From positions 1 to 64,000 of the forward strand of contig CBDFFH010000015.1 of the NCBI GenBank assembly GCA_965246715.1: a stretch of 64,000 nucleotides of DNA, given 5' to 3'. The position numbers and the translations under genes are program-made. This DNA is from Chamaesiphon sp. (GTDB lineage: Bacteria > Cyanobacteriota > Cyanobacteriia > Cyanobacteriales > Chamaesiphonaceae). Of this stretch, positions 54,043 to 64,000 are shown in pieces. The number at the start of each line of letters is the position of its first letter. Positions within the stretch are counted from its first letter, which is position 1. The notes under the pieces were generated by a model, which saw only the letters and a list, made by a program, of their open reading frames with translations, was not told where the DNA came from and ran no database searches.

Positions 54043-55553
54043 CAGGTTAAACGCACTTAAATTTGTTATTACTAAAAACTTTGACGATCGAATGAATAAA
54101 TAGCATCTAGAAATCTTGTAATTACTGCTAGGTAATAGTTAGAGCTAATTAACTATGTTAGAATTTAACAAATTTAATTTAACTAAAATGAAGCTGAAGC
54201 CAAAATATAGTATTATAGAACACTTCGAGAGTGTAGAAGACTACAGGACAGAGCGCGGGAAAAAGCATAAATTAATTGATATCATCACCATTACCATTTG
54301 TGCTGTAGTATCTGGAGCTGATACATGGATAGATATAGAAATTTATGGTTTGGCGAAGAAGGAATGGCTAGGTAAATTTTTAGAGTTGCCGCATGGTATT
54401 CCATCACATGATACATTTGGAAGGGTATTTTCACGAATTAATCCTGAAGAATTTCAAAAAAGTTTCCTGAGTTGGGTTAAAGGAATATCTAAAATAACAG
54501 CAGGAGAAATAATTGCACTTGACGGCAAACAATCTCGAAATTCAGGAGATAATACTAATGGACAAGGTGTACTAAATACTGTTAGTGCATGGGCTGTAAC
54601 TAATAGATTAGTATTAGGACAGAAAATGGTTGAGGGCAAATCTAATGAAATCACAGCACTTCCTGAATTAATTAAAGTTCTAGATTTAGCCGGATGTATA
54701 GTTACCATTGATGCAATGGGATGTCAAAGAGAAATAGTAAAAAAAATTGTTGAAAAAGATGCAGATTATGTAATTGCTGTGAAAAAGAATCAACCAAGTT
54801 TATACGACCAAGTAGAAAGGCTATTTAAACAGGCTATTGCAACTGGTGGCGCAGGTTTCAATCTGAGTGATTTCAGGACTAAGGAGATTAATGGGGGTAG
54901 GGAAGAAATCCGTAATTATTTAATGATATCAGATGTTGCCGATCGAATAGATTCATCCCATAACTGGATGAAATTGACTAGTATTGCGATGGTTGAATCA
55001 GTAAGAACTATTGGGGATAAAACCACCATAGAGACTCGTTATTTTATTAGTAGTTTAGCTAATAATGCCAAGAGAGTCGCCGGAGCAATTAGAGGTCATT
55101 GGGGGATAGAAAATTCACTTCATTGGGTACTTGATGTTTCTTTAAGAGAAGATTATAGTCGAATTAGGAAAGATAATGCGCCAGCTAATTTTGCAGTATT
55201 ACGGCACATAGCTATTAACTTAATTAGTCAAAATAAAAGTCGGAAATTAAGTGTGAAAAGCAAGAGATTTCTAGCAGGTATAGATGACAAATACTTGGCT
55301 GAAATTTTAGAAGGTATTTTATAATTTACGAACTATTGGTTGAAATCAAATTACTTCTATAATATATCGACGATTTAAGTTATTCCTTCGATCGACTACT
55401 TTATATTGCATTAAATTAAATAAATATTGCCTTATACTATACATCAGTTCTAATTGAATTCGTCGTAAATGTATTTAGTTCATAAATACTGCTTAAGTTG
55501 TATGTATTATTGAATTCGATCGCCTCATATCAAGTTTTGATGCGTTTAACCTG
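54043..55553 (+). mobile_element. ISAs1-family insertion sequence, copy 2 (1511 bp)
   Basis: Same TIR as copy 1; 10-bp duplication AGGGGGCGAG at 54033-54042 and 55554-55563. Confidence 0.95.
54155..55324 (+). CDS. ISAs1-family DDE transposase
   Basis: Matches 4080-5249 apart from KTTIETR vs KTTVETR. Confidence 0.95.
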   Translation: MLEFNKFNLTKMKLKPKYSIIEHFESVEDYRTERGKKHKLIDIITITICAVVSGADTWIDIEIYGLAKKEWLGKFLELPHGIPSHDTFGRVFSRINPEEFQKSFLSWVKGISKITAGEIIALDGKQSRNSGDNTNGQGVLNTVSAWAVTNRLVLGQKMVEGKSNEITALPELIKVLDLAGCIVTIDAMGCQREIVKKIVEKDADYVIAVKKNQPSLYDQVERLFKQAIATGGAGFNLSDFRTKEINGGREEIRNYLMISDVADRIDSSHNWMKLTSIAMVESVRTIGDKTTIETRYFISSLANNAKRVAGAIRGHWGIENSLHWVLDVSLREDYSRIRKDNAPANFAVLRHIAINLISQNKSRKLSVKSKRFLAGIDDKYLAEILEGIL

Positions 55554-55847
55554 AGGGGGCGAGGGAGGACTAATCGATCGACAACAAATCCAAGCATGGT
55601 TTTGCAAAGAGGAATTAAAAAAAGGTATTTTACAAGGAACTATAGTCACAAAGGTGAAATAGTTACATTCATGACACCAGGACATTTTGGGAATGGTTCC
55701 TCGATCGACTATGAGGGTAGGTATAAAAATGATTATTTAAGATTAAACTCTTTAGATCACAATACGGGGCGCAACATAAAAGATAAAATATTTGTAATAT
55801 TAATATAATTGACCAACTTCAATAATCCAAAATTCAAAATCGATTTG

Positions 55848-56714
55848 ATGTTAGAAATAATTACCACACCTTGGCATTATGAATTCATGCGCCACGCGAT
55901 CGCAATCGGCATTTTAGTCGGGATTTTATGTCCGGTGGTGGGGAGTTATTTGATCGTGCAACGAATGGCGTTATTTGGCGATGTCATCGCGCATTGTGTA
56001 TTGCCAGGATTGTCACTGTCCTTCTTTTTGGGGATAGATATTCTTATCGGTGCGTTTATTTCGGGGATTTTGGGTGCGGGGGCGATTTCGTGGATTCGAT
56101 CGCAAGCACGGGTGAAGGTAGATGCCGCGATGGCGCTGACGTTTTCGAGCTTTTTTGCAATGGGAGTATTGCTGATTAGTCTGCTGAAAAATAATGTGGA
56201 TCTAGATAGTTTTCTATTTGGCGATATTTTGGGTGTGAGATTGACAGATGTTTATCGAACATCGATTGTCACGATCGGGATTTTAGCAGTAGTGTGGTTA
56301 TTCTATAAGGAATTATTGTTTTATACATTCGATCGAACTGGGGCGACAGCGATGGGGTTGCCTGTAAATGCGATTAATTTGGGGTTTATGGCGGCGGTGA
56401 CGCTGACGATTATCGCTAGTATGAAGGCAGTAGGGGTGATTTTGGTAATTGCGCTATTGGTTGGCCCTGCTTTGACAGCATACTTACTGGTGAAGGAGTT
56501 GCATCAGATGATGCTGGTGGGGGCAATTATCGGCTCGATCGCGAGTATCGGTGGCGTGTATATTAGTTTCTATGTCAAACACGTACCATCTGGCCCCGCG
56601 ATCGTCTTGGTGTCTTCGAGTTTATTTGTGTTGGCGTTATTATTTAGTCCATCTCAGGGGATTTTGACTCGGAACCGCTCGTCCAGTCCGGCGCCGATGC
56701 AGAGCGGGGAGTAA
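55848..56714 (+). CDS. Zn/Mn ABC transporter permease (ZnuB/MntB-like)
   Basis: RMALFGDVIAH, FLFGDIL, VGVILVIALL, PSGPAIV; start likely ATG 55848. Confidence 0.92.
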   Translation: MLEIITTPWHYEFMRHAIAIGILVGILCPVVGSYLIVQRMALFGDVIAHCVLPGLSLSFFLGIDILIGAFISGILGAGAISWIRSQARVKVDAAMALTFSSFFAMGVLLISLLKNNVDLDSFLFGDILGVRLTDVYRTSIVTIGILAVVWLFYKELLFYTFDRTGATAMGLPVNAINLGFMAAVTLTIIASMKAVGVILVIALLVGPALTAYLLVKELHQMMLVGAIIGSIASIGGVYISFYVKHVPSGPAIVLVSSSLFVLALLFSPSQGILTRNRSSSPAPMQSGE

Positions 56715-56719
56715 GAGAT

Positions 56720-57934
56720 ATGGAGGCGAGCGAGAAATGGTTATCGGTAATTGGGGTTGGGGAATCGGGGTTGGGGGAGCTGAGCCAAGTCGCGCGGGGA
56801 TTGGTAGATCGCGCCAAAATTCTCATTGGTGGCAAGCGGCATTTAGCGATGTTAGATCTCAGCGATCCTCGCGATTGTATCGTTTGGACATCGCCGATTG
56901 AAGATTCGATCGAAATAATCCTCAAATATCGCGGTGCTCCAGTCTGTATCCTGGCTAGCGGCGATCCATTGTGTTATGGAGTCGGGGTGACGTTATTGCG
57001 CTATATCTCGATCGAGGAAATGACAATTATTCCCGCACCGTCTACATTTAGCCTGATTTGTGCCAGGTTGGGTTGGTCGCTGGCGGCGGTCGAAACCTTG
57101 AGTCTGTGCGGACGTTCGCCAGACTTTTTGACAGGGATGCTAGCACCAGGCGCAAAGTTATTAGTTTTGAGTGCGGATGCCAGTACGCCGCAAATCGTGT
57201 CAGATTTACTCGAAAAACGGGGGTATGGGGACAGTCAGCTGACAGTATTAGAACATTTGGGTGGCGAACGCGAACGATCGATTACCGGAATCGCGAGATC
57301 TTGGTCTAAATCGGATGTAGCGGCATTAAATGCGATTGCGATCGCATGTGTCATTCAGAACGATACCACCCCCTTAAATCGCCTGGCGGGATTGCCTGAC
57401 AGCGCATATCATCACGATGGACAACTGACTAAGCGGGAAGTCCGCGCGATTACCTTAGCGGCCCTTGCGCCGATGCCAGGAGAATTACTGTGGGATGTGG
57501 GTGCGGGGTGCGGTTCGATCGGGATTGAGTGGTTGCGAAGTCATCCTCGGTGCCGCGCGATCGCGATCGAACAACACGATCGACGCTTACAATTTATTAC
57601 TGATAATATGGCTGCTTTGGGTACGCCGCACTTGCAATTAGTGCAGGGTAAGGCACCCGCAGCCTTACAAGCTTTACCGACTCCGGATGCGATTTTTATC
57701 GGCGGTGGTACGACTTCTGAGGGGTTATTAGATACCTGCTGGACGGCATTGCGATCGGGTGGTCGGTTGGTCGTGAACGCGGTAACGATAGAAAGCGAGT
57801 TGCAGCTGTTACAATGGCACCAACAAGTAGGTGGCGAATTAACTCGCATCGCGATTCAACGCACTTATCCCATCGGTAGCTTTCTCGGCTGGAAACCGCT
57901 AATTCCAGTTACCCAACTGGTAGCAATCAAATAG
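56720..57934 (+). CDS. cbiET: Precorrin-6Y C5,15-methyltransferase (decarboxylating), fused CbiE-CbiT
   Basis: VIGVGESG, LASGDPLCYG, GQLTKREVR, LWDVGAGCGSIGIEW. Confidence 0.95.
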   Translation: MEASEKWLSVIGVGESGLGELSQVARGLVDRAKILIGGKRHLAMLDLSDPRDCIVWTSPIEDSIEIILKYRGAPVCILASGDPLCYGVGVTLLRYISIEEMTIIPAPSTFSLICARLGWSLAAVETLSLCGRSPDFLTGMLAPGAKLLVLSADASTPQIVSDLLEKRGYGDSQLTVLEHLGGERERSITGIARSWSKSDVAALNAIAIACVIQNDTTPLNRLAGLPDSAYHHDGQLTKREVRAITLAALAPMPGELLWDVGAGCGSIGIEWLRSHPRCRAIAIEQHDRRLQFITDNMAALGTPHLQLVQGKAPAALQALPTPDAIFIGGGTTSEGLLDTCWTALRSGGRLVVNAVTIESELQLLQWHQQVGGELTRIAIQRTYPIGSFLGWKPLIPVTQLVAIK

Positions 57935-57994
57935 CGATCGGCGTTAGCTTGGGATAAGCGGAGTCTGGAGACTAAAGTCTCAGCTCATAATGCG

Positions 57995-58165
57995 AAGTCC
58001 GCCTACGCGGACTAGGATATTTAGTCCGCGTAGGCGGACTTTGTAACGTTAGCCCCGATTTGCGGAAAGTGCGATCTTGGGGAAACCCCAAGTAGAGCAC
58101 CTTTTCAAGACACAATCGAGGGCGGTACTGGAACGAAGCAAATATCTTTAACCCGAACTGTTGTT
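57995..58165. repeat. REP doublet with a nested 51-nt hairpin insert
   Basis: AAGTCCGCCTACGCGGACTA / TAGTCCGCGTAGGCGGACTT, then CCCCGATTT[GCGG...CAAGACA]CAATCG. Confidence 0.7.
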
Positions 58166-58228
58166 GAATCGGCCAACAACCAATCTAATTTCCTAGTATC
58201 CTAATAGATACAACTTATGTAAACTTTC

Positions 58229-59101
58229 ATGAAATGTATTATCAACCGTCGCGCCTTATTTTCGGCAAGCCACCGCTACTGGCTGCCGGAGATGAGCGAA
58301 GCGGAGAACCAAGCAGCATTTGGACTGTGCGCGCAACCATACGGACACGGACATAATTATGTCCTATATATCTCGCTATATGGGGATATCGACGACTATG
58401 GGATGGTATTGAATCTCTCCGATGTCAAGCACGTCATCAAAAAAGAAGTTACTGGACAACTCGACTATAGTTTTCTCAACGAAATCTGGCCGGAATTTAA
58501 ACAAACGCTACCCACTACTGAAAATATCACACGGGTAATTTGGCAAAGACTAGCGTCGCATTTACCCCTCGTCCGCATTCAGTTATACGAACATCCCGAA
58601 CTCTTCGCAGAATATACAGGAAAAGACATGGAAGCATCATTGACGATCGGTACTCATTTTAGCGCGGCGCATCGGTTGGCGTTGGACAGCTTGACGCTAG
58701 AGCAAAATAGCGAAATTTATGGCAAATGCGCGCGGGTTAATGGCCACGGGCACAATTATCATCTCGAAGTGACCGTTACAGGCGAGATCGACGCTCGCAC
58801 GGGGATGATTGTAGATTTAGTTAAATTACACGAATTGGTATCAGAATATGCAGTAGATCCGTTAGATCATACATTCTTAAATAAAGATATTCCCCACTTT
58901 GCTAAAGTCGTTCCGACTGCGGAAAATATTGCTGTCTATATCGGACATCTGCTCGAACAGCCGATCGCAAAAATCGGGGCACAATTACACAAAATCAAAC
59001 TAGTCGAGAGTCCAAACAACTCCTGCGAACTACTTTGGAGTCAAGATTTTAGTACCTTAGCAACTCGTCAAATGGCTACAGTTGCGCTAGCTGGTGTCTA
59101 A
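58229..59101 (+). CDS. queD: 6-carboxytetrahydropterin synthase / PTPS with tandem domains
   Basis: Two copies of FSAxHR...C...GHGHNY...PTxENI. Confidence 0.88.
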   Translation: MKCIINRRALFSASHRYWLPEMSEAENQAAFGLCAQPYGHGHNYVLYISLYGDIDDYGMVLNLSDVKHVIKKEVTGQLDYSFLNEIWPEFKQTLPTTENITRVIWQRLASHLPLVRIQLYEHPELFAEYTGKDMEASLTIGTHFSAAHRLALDSLTLEQNSEIYGKCARVNGHGHNYHLEVTVTGEIDARTGMIVDLVKLHELVSEYAVDPLDHTFLNKDIPHFAKVVPTAENIAVYIGHLLEQPIAKIGAQLHKIKLVESPNNSCELLWSQDFSTLATRQMATVALAGV

Positions 59102-59403
59102 AACTGTTGCGATAAGTTACAAATTTGGCGTTCGGATAAGCGAACACAAGATTTGGAGGCGGTCGTTTATAATCAGGTAAGGATGGCAGTCGATCGCCTG
59201 GTATCAGGCTACTGCGAACGGTATCGATAGTATCGCTGACAACTATCTTTTGGTGTAAATAATCCTACCTCACGCTTTGCCAAGCTACGATTATTTAGCG
59301 ACAACTGATAAAATCGGCAATAGTGTTTGTGGTAAATATAATTTTCACCACACGACAAGCGCAATCTGCTAGCCCTGTTCATTTGCAATAAGGATAAAAA
59401 AAC

Positions 59404-59853
59404 ATGAGCGATACACTAGAATCTACTCAATCCGCAGACACGACCACGATGGAAATTCCAGCAAATCCCCTCGGAATGAATGCTGGTGGAAGTGCGCCGA
59501 TTACTAAAGTTTCTCCCGACCTCTCTTCCGCTAATTTGCCAGACTGGATGAAACAGTCTGCTGACATTCTGGCCGAAGTTCCAGCTTACTTAGGACAAAT
59601 CTACCAAAACAACAAGAGTGCCGTCACGACACTAGGTTTATTTTTTGGTGTAATTGTCGGTATCAAGCTGACCCTTGCAATCCTTTCGGCAGTTAACGAA
59701 ATTCCATTGCTCGCACCAACTTTTGAATTGGTTGGTATCGGCTATACCTTCTGGTTCGTATGGCGCTATTTGCTCCAAGCTTCTACCAGAAGTGAATTGA
59801 CTAGCGAGATCGATGGTTTAAAATCAGAAATTTTCGGTAACCATAAAAAATAA
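59404..59853 (+). CDS. CAAD-domain thylakoid membrane protein (CurT-like)
   Basis: AVNEIPLLAPTFELVGIGYTFWFVWRYLL. Confidence 0.88.
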   Translation: MSDTLESTQSADTTTMEIPANPLGMNAGGSAPITKVSPDLSSANLPDWMKQSADILAEVPAYLGQIYQNNKSAVTTLGLFFGVIVGIKLTLAILSAVNEIPLLAPTFELVGIGYTFWFVWRYLLQASTRSELTSEIDGLKSEIFGNHKK

Positions 59854-59986
59854 TTAAATTTATCGATTGAATCCAATCGGTTTTTACCCACCTATCGATC
59901 GATAGGTGGTTTTTCAATAAAATCGAGTTACTAAAAAATGTCGAGTGGGCAACAATCGCCCGCCGGAAATTCGAGCTAAAATTGAG

Positions 59987-60505
59987 TTACTTTGAGAGCG
60001 TCCACCAACCGAATAAGCCAACGATCGTCAGAGCTAAGGCGATCGCGATAAAATTATTATCTTGAGTATCTACTTGGCTCAGATCTATAGGCGCATAGCG
60101 TTCTTCTAACGACTTTTCCTTTTTTGGTTGTGGTGCGATTGGGGGACTAGTCCCACCAGCTTTCCCCTCACGATCTTCTAGATGGGACAAATCGGGAATT
60201 TTAGTCAACCATTCATCTGGACGAACTAATTCAGGCGCTTGCATGATGTACAACATCCGCTTACTCGCTTGACGAGTATCGAGACTGGGATGATTTGTGA
60301 GCTGCTGACATAGTGCCTTTGCTTCCGATCCTTGTCCAGCCGCTTCATATGCCATTGCCAACCAAATTTGGATTTCCCCACCAATCTTTGTACTTGGCTG
60401 TACACGCGCGATCGCACTTAGTAAGTAACTTACTGCTTGGCGATAGTCTCCGCGTTCGAAGGCAATTCGTCCGGCTTGGTAATCGGGATCGAAAGAAGTC
60501 GTCAT
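59987..60505 (-). CDS. TPR-containing protein with a C-terminal TM segment
   Basis: YQAGRIAFERGDYRQA, QIWLAMAYEAAG, APELVRPDEW; start likely MTTSFD at 60505. Confidence 0.8.
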   Translation of the reverse strand: MTTSFDPDYQAGRIAFERGDYRQAVSYLLSAIARVQPSTKIGGEIQIWLAMAYEAAGQGSEAKALCQQLTNHPSLDTRQASKRMLYIMQAPELVRPDEWLTKIPDLSHLEDREGKAGGTSPPIAPQPKKEKSLEERYAPIDLSQVDTQDNNFIAIALALTIVGLFGWWTLSK

Positions 60506-60773
60506 GGCGCAATGCGGTGGAGTAAGATGTGTCAGTTTGAGGATGCCTATTATTAGGGTAACGCTGCTGTGAGGAGATTGAAACCTTGTCAGCACAGATA
60601 ATCCTACAAAATAACTTGTAGTTCTAAGATTTCAGATATGCTAGAACTCGAGGGTGCAGTTAGTCGATCGCGCCGATTCCTTCGGCTACCGCTGGTTATT
60701 GCATAATTACCGATCGCTCGAATGAGCGACCTTGGCAATTGATAATTTATAATTCATAATTCCTAATTTATTC

Positions 60774-61346
60774 GTGACTAAGCCAGAATCAACCGCCCCA
60801 ACTCCGCTACTGGTTCAATTATGGCAAAAGTGGGGTGAAACCATCCAGATCTTAGTTCTGGCACTAGCACTCGCTTTCTTCATTCGGACGTTTGTGGCCG
60901 AGCCGCGTTATATTCCGTCAGAGTCGATGTTACCGACTTTAGAGATCGGAGATCGATTGATCGTTGAGAAGCTCTCATACTACTCTCACCCACCCCATCG
61001 TGGGGACATTATCGTCTTCGCGCCACCCCCACAGTTGCAAGAGCAAGGTTATCTGGAAGACCAAGCTTTTATCAAGCGTGTTATCGGCTTACCTGGCGAT
61101 ACTGTCGCCGTGACAAAGGGTCGTGTTTCGATCGATCGGCAAGAACTCACCGAAACTTATATCGCCGAACCACCCAACTATGGGATGTCGCCAATGATCG
61201 TTCCGCCAGGACAACTGTTTGTGATGGGTGATAACCGCAACAATAGCAACGATTCGCATGTGTGGGGATTTTTACCCCAACGGAATATCGTCGGTCGTGC
61301 TTGTTTTCGATTTTGGCCGCTAGAACGCTTTGGTGGTGTTAACTAA
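60774..61346 (+). CDS. lepB: Signal peptidase I
   Basis: IPSESMLPTL, FIKRVIGLPGD, GDNRNNSNDS. Confidence 0.95.
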   Translation: MTKPESTAPTPLLVQLWQKWGETIQILVLALALAFFIRTFVAEPRYIPSESMLPTLEIGDRLIVEKLSYYSHPPHRGDIIVFAPPPQLQEQGYLEDQAFIKRVIGLPGDTVAVTKGRVSIDRQELTETYIAEPPNYGMSPMIVPPGQLFVMGDNRNNSNDSHVWGFLPQRNIVGRACFRFWPLERFGGVN

Positions 61347-61569
61347 ATCTACATTCCCAACAAAAAGATCGACCTCTAGTTAGCTGAAGATCGATCGAAT
61401 ATGCTATAACCCGGATTTCCCTATCAAGGTGCGGTGATGCGCCCCTGTAAAAAGATATGTTGAATTTTGGCTGCTTAATTGATTAACCTAGATAAGCACG
61501 ACCATCATTCTGCAACCAATTTAACTCGCCTGCGATCGCTCGGGCATCATCCAATTTAAGGAGTTTCGC

Positions 61570-61947
61570 TTGTATTACTTTTCTCAAGATCCGCCATATT
61601 TCATTTTATTTGCTGGGCTATTTGCGGGGATTACCTGTGGTGCTGCTTTTGATGGCGCACTCCGGCAAAATGTCAAGGCATGGAGAGTCGATCGCGCAAA
61701 TATCAGTCTCGCTGAAAGCGACGATATGCCGATTAAATTGCCTTTTCTCGGTATTTGCGTTGGGATTATTTTCTTTCTTTCGGCTGGATTGGAGATTTTT
61801 GGATTCCCGACATTACTGGCTTATGGGATCTCCCTGCCACTGACACTATTTCTAGCCATCTTATTGTGGTTCCAATTGCGGGTCGTATTCAAGCAACTCG
61901 ATCGGGGCGGTTCGCCAGCGCTAGACTTGGATTCCTGGGAAGAGTAA
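61570..61947 (+). CDS. Conserved cyanobacterial membrane protein
   Basis: PPYFILFAGL, GLEIFGF, GGSPALDLD; 3 TM helices. Confidence 0.75.
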   Translation: MYYFSQDPPYFILFAGLFAGITCGAAFDGALRQNVKAWRVDRANISLAESDDMPIKLPFLGICVGIIFFLSAGLEIFGFPTLLAYGISLPLTLFLAILLWFQLRVVFKQLDRGGSPALDLDSWEE

Positions 61948-62059
61948 CGATCGATGCGGGTTAAATAAACTTCGGCTGGAGATCTAAATCCCCCAACCCC
62001 CAGGGCTGTTTCATTGCTAGCATCCTAGCATGGAATAGCCCCAATATCTCTCTGCATTA

Positions 62060-62743
62060 CTATTCTTGCTCGTCCGACTTGCGTTCGCGCTGCTTCAATA
62101 AATCCACCCCCCACGAAGTACCGATTCTCGTCGCGCCAGCCATAATCATTTCTACCGCTCGATCGTGAGTCCGAATACCACCCGCAGCTTTAATTCCGAT
62201 TTGGTCTTTGGTCAAATCTTTCAGTAACCGCACATCTTCTACAGTGGCAGCACCACTCCAGCCAGTACCAGTTTTTAGCATCCGCGCCCCTGCTTCCATA
62301 CAGATCTGTGCGGCGATGATGCGTTCGGGTTGAGTCAGCAGCGACATTTCTAAAATTGCCTTAACTCCTTGTCCAGTAGATTCGCAGATTTCGGCAATTT
62401 CACGATGCACGTCATCGATCAGCCCTGCTTTCAACCAGCCGATATTGATGACAACATCTAATTCTTGGGCACCATTATCTACCGCCTCCTGAGCCTCATA
62501 CAGCTTGCTAGCCGTAGTCGTGGCTCCCGTCGGGAAACCGATGACAGTACAAATCTGGGGACGTTTATGATGCAATAGCGTCGTAACTTGCCGCACGTAG
62601 CAGGGATTGACACAAACAGCTGCAAAGCCATAGCGATCGGCTTCTTCACACCATTGTTCTACCATCATCGGGGTAGCTGCGGCACTGAGTAAGGAATGGT
62701 CGATAAATGGTGCTATATCTAAATTAGACTCTTCGGTTCGCAT
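62060..62743 (-). CDS. deoC: Deoxyribose-phosphate aldolase
   Basis: [34 protein letters not shown]. Confidence 0.95.
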   Translation of the reverse strand: MRTEESNLDIAPFIDHSLLSAAATPMMVEQWCEEADRYGFAAVCVNPCYVRQVTTLLHHKRPQICTVIGFPTGATTTASKLYEAQEAVDNGAQELDVVINIGWLKAGLIDDVHREIAEICESTGQGVKAILEMSLLTQPERIIAAQICMEAGARMLKTGTGWSGAATVEDVRLLKDLTKDQIGIKAAGGIRTHDRAVEMIMAGATRIGTSWGVDLLKQRERKSDEQE

Positions 62744-62768
62744 ATATTCACATCGATCGATACAACCA

Positions 62769-63239
62769 CTAGGTTAACCTACCGCCCAACAATCGATCTT
62801 CGATAATGAATACGATTAACTCGCGTGTAGGCTCGGTAACGAGCGCGACATGGCTGGCAATCCCGAGGGGACTAGTGGTACGAATATCTTGTGGGAGCTG
62901 GCGAATGCGATCGATCGGGACGACAACGAGAGTCGGTACCGGATCGGCTGGGATGCCATATAAAGTGCCAACAGCATCTTTAAAAATCGTCCATGCTGTC
63001 GGCACTAATAAACTACTGCCGAAGACCCAGTCGTGAAGATCGAGCAACTCGACATTTGCGAGCGCGCTAAAATCATTACGAGTGTTGGTAATATCGACGA
63101 TCCGTTCGACTCTGCCGAGCGGGAGACCAAACCAGACTTCCTCGATAGTAAACACCAGCAACTCGATCGCTGGGTCGCTTGTGCTAGTCAGATCTGGACT
63201 AGAGTGGTGGATGGAATTGGCATAAAGATGCTCGTTCAC
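62769..63239 (-). CDS. CheW-like chemotaxis protein
   Basis: LLVFTI...[20 protein letters not shown]; overlaps the stop codon of the cheA-like gene. Confidence 0.75.
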   Translation of the reverse strand: MNEHLYANSIHHSSPDLTSTSDPAIELLVFTIEEVWFGLPLGRVERIVDITNTRNDFSALANVELLDLHDWVFGSSLLVPTAWTIFKDAVGTLYGIPADPVPTLVVVPIDRIRQLPQDIRTTSPLGIASHVALVTEPTRELIVFIIEDRLLGGRLT

Positions 63240-64000
63240 GATTGCTGCCTCATTAGTTCGCCGATAGCTGCTATAAAATCTCGCTCGATGTAAGGTTTAA
63301 TAAAATAATCGCTCGCCCCCAAGTGGGCGGCAAATTGCCGATGTTTGGCACTGCTGCGCGATGTCAGCATCACCACGGGAATATGCGCCAGCGTTGGTTC
63401 TTGCCGCCAGATGCTCAAGAATTCAAATCCGTTCATATTTGGCATCTCGACATCGCAGATTGCCAGCTTTAACTCGCTTGCCTTTTGACGCATCAGCTGG
63501 AGTGCTTCTTGGCCATCCTTAGCCTGGATCGTCCGATAGCCAAATTTTTCTAGAGACAGACACAGGCTCTGCCGCGTAGTTACCGAATCATCGATTACCA
63601 GGATCGACGCGCTAGCGATCGGCTGTTGTAGTGGCTGCGAGATCGGGCGTTTGAGCATACAATGGGGGCGATCGATCGTGACTCGAATTAAGGTATGCAG
63701 ATCGATGACTGGTAGAATCGCCCCATCGCCCAAAATCGTACAGCCATAACTGTAACTAGGGGGGGTAATCCCTTTACTAAACGGAACGATCGTGAGTTCT
63801 TGCTCGGAGATCGAGCGATCGATTTGGAGGGCAAAGTACCGCTCGCCACTCCGAATCATGAGTAGCGGTGCCAGCCAATCTGGTGGGTTATCGATCGTCG
63901 CTTTGAGTGTATGAGAAATAGTGCGTTCGGGAATCGGCACTGAATAGCTGAGCAGATCGCTAAGGTTGTAAATCGCGATGCTAGTACCCTGCCAGTGTAA
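63236..64000 (-). CDS. CheA-like hybrid kinase, C-terminal CheW and receiver domains; continues beyond the window
   Basis: GCTILGDG, ILVIDDS, ICDVEMPNMNG, MLTSR, YFIKP; frame open to 64000. Confidence 0.9.
   Translation of the reverse strand, partial: LHWQGTSIAIYNLSDLLSYSVPIPERTISHTLKATIDNPPDWLAPLLMIRSGERYFALQIDRSISEQELTIVPFSKGITPPSYSYGCTILGDGAILPVIDLHTLIRVTIDRPHCMLKRPISQPLQQPIASASILVIDDSVTTRQSLCLSLEKFGYRTIQAKDGQEALQLMRQKASELKLAICDVEMPNMNGFEFLSIWRQEPTLAHIPVVMLTSRSSAKHRQFAAHLGASDYFIKPYIERDFIAAIGELMRQQS

Larger units (their letters stand above)
53953..55808 (+). pseudogene. Small hypothetical gene interrupted by ISAs1 copy 2 and by one frameshift
   Basis: Removing the IS gives MLSGIFYNDIQFFRFYRDGVFLDCLIKGGEGGLIDRQQIQAWFCKEELKKGILQG; a one-base shift continues NYSHKGEIVTF...IDYEGRY...LNSLDHNTGR. 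Confidence 0.55.

Noticed and set aside
58229..59101. Tandem PTPS domains as a novelty
   Set aside because: The two-domain form is usual in cyanobacteria.

Overview
Cyanobacterial chromosomal window. The very dense CGATCG/TCGATCGA/GCGATCGC (HIP1-type) palindromes suggest a Chamaesiphon-like host (inference). Core content: ureF, nadA, a Ser/Thr kinase, class II aldolase, tRNA-Lys(UUU), a sulfate ABC cluster with an Rrf2 regulator, carB, cutA, a protease-TPR protein, an Anbu/transglutaminase/alpha-E/circularly permuted ATP-grasp cluster, a stress-type cluster (SPS-like GT, GT4, Dps, repeat protein, SDR, GMC), a Zur-box metal ABC transporter, cbiET, queD, lepB, deoC and cheW/cheA. Mobile DNA is abundant: two near-identical ISAs1 copies, one IS4, one IS110 interrupted by an IS66, several MITEs and nested mini-repeats. 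The standout is an IS621-like IS110 element (36297-39237, minus strand). Its non-coding end carries a legible bridge RNA whose target guides match the GTAG-REP repeat it sits in and whose donor guides match its own ends. Circularisation would create a TTGACA-N17-TATCTT promoter. Also notable: five clustered single-base indels at 33.6-34.6 kb, a candidate 26-bp operator in the sulfate cluster, a 24-nt mobile repeat inserted in frame in a GNAT gene, and two genes the ORF track misses or shows only in part.
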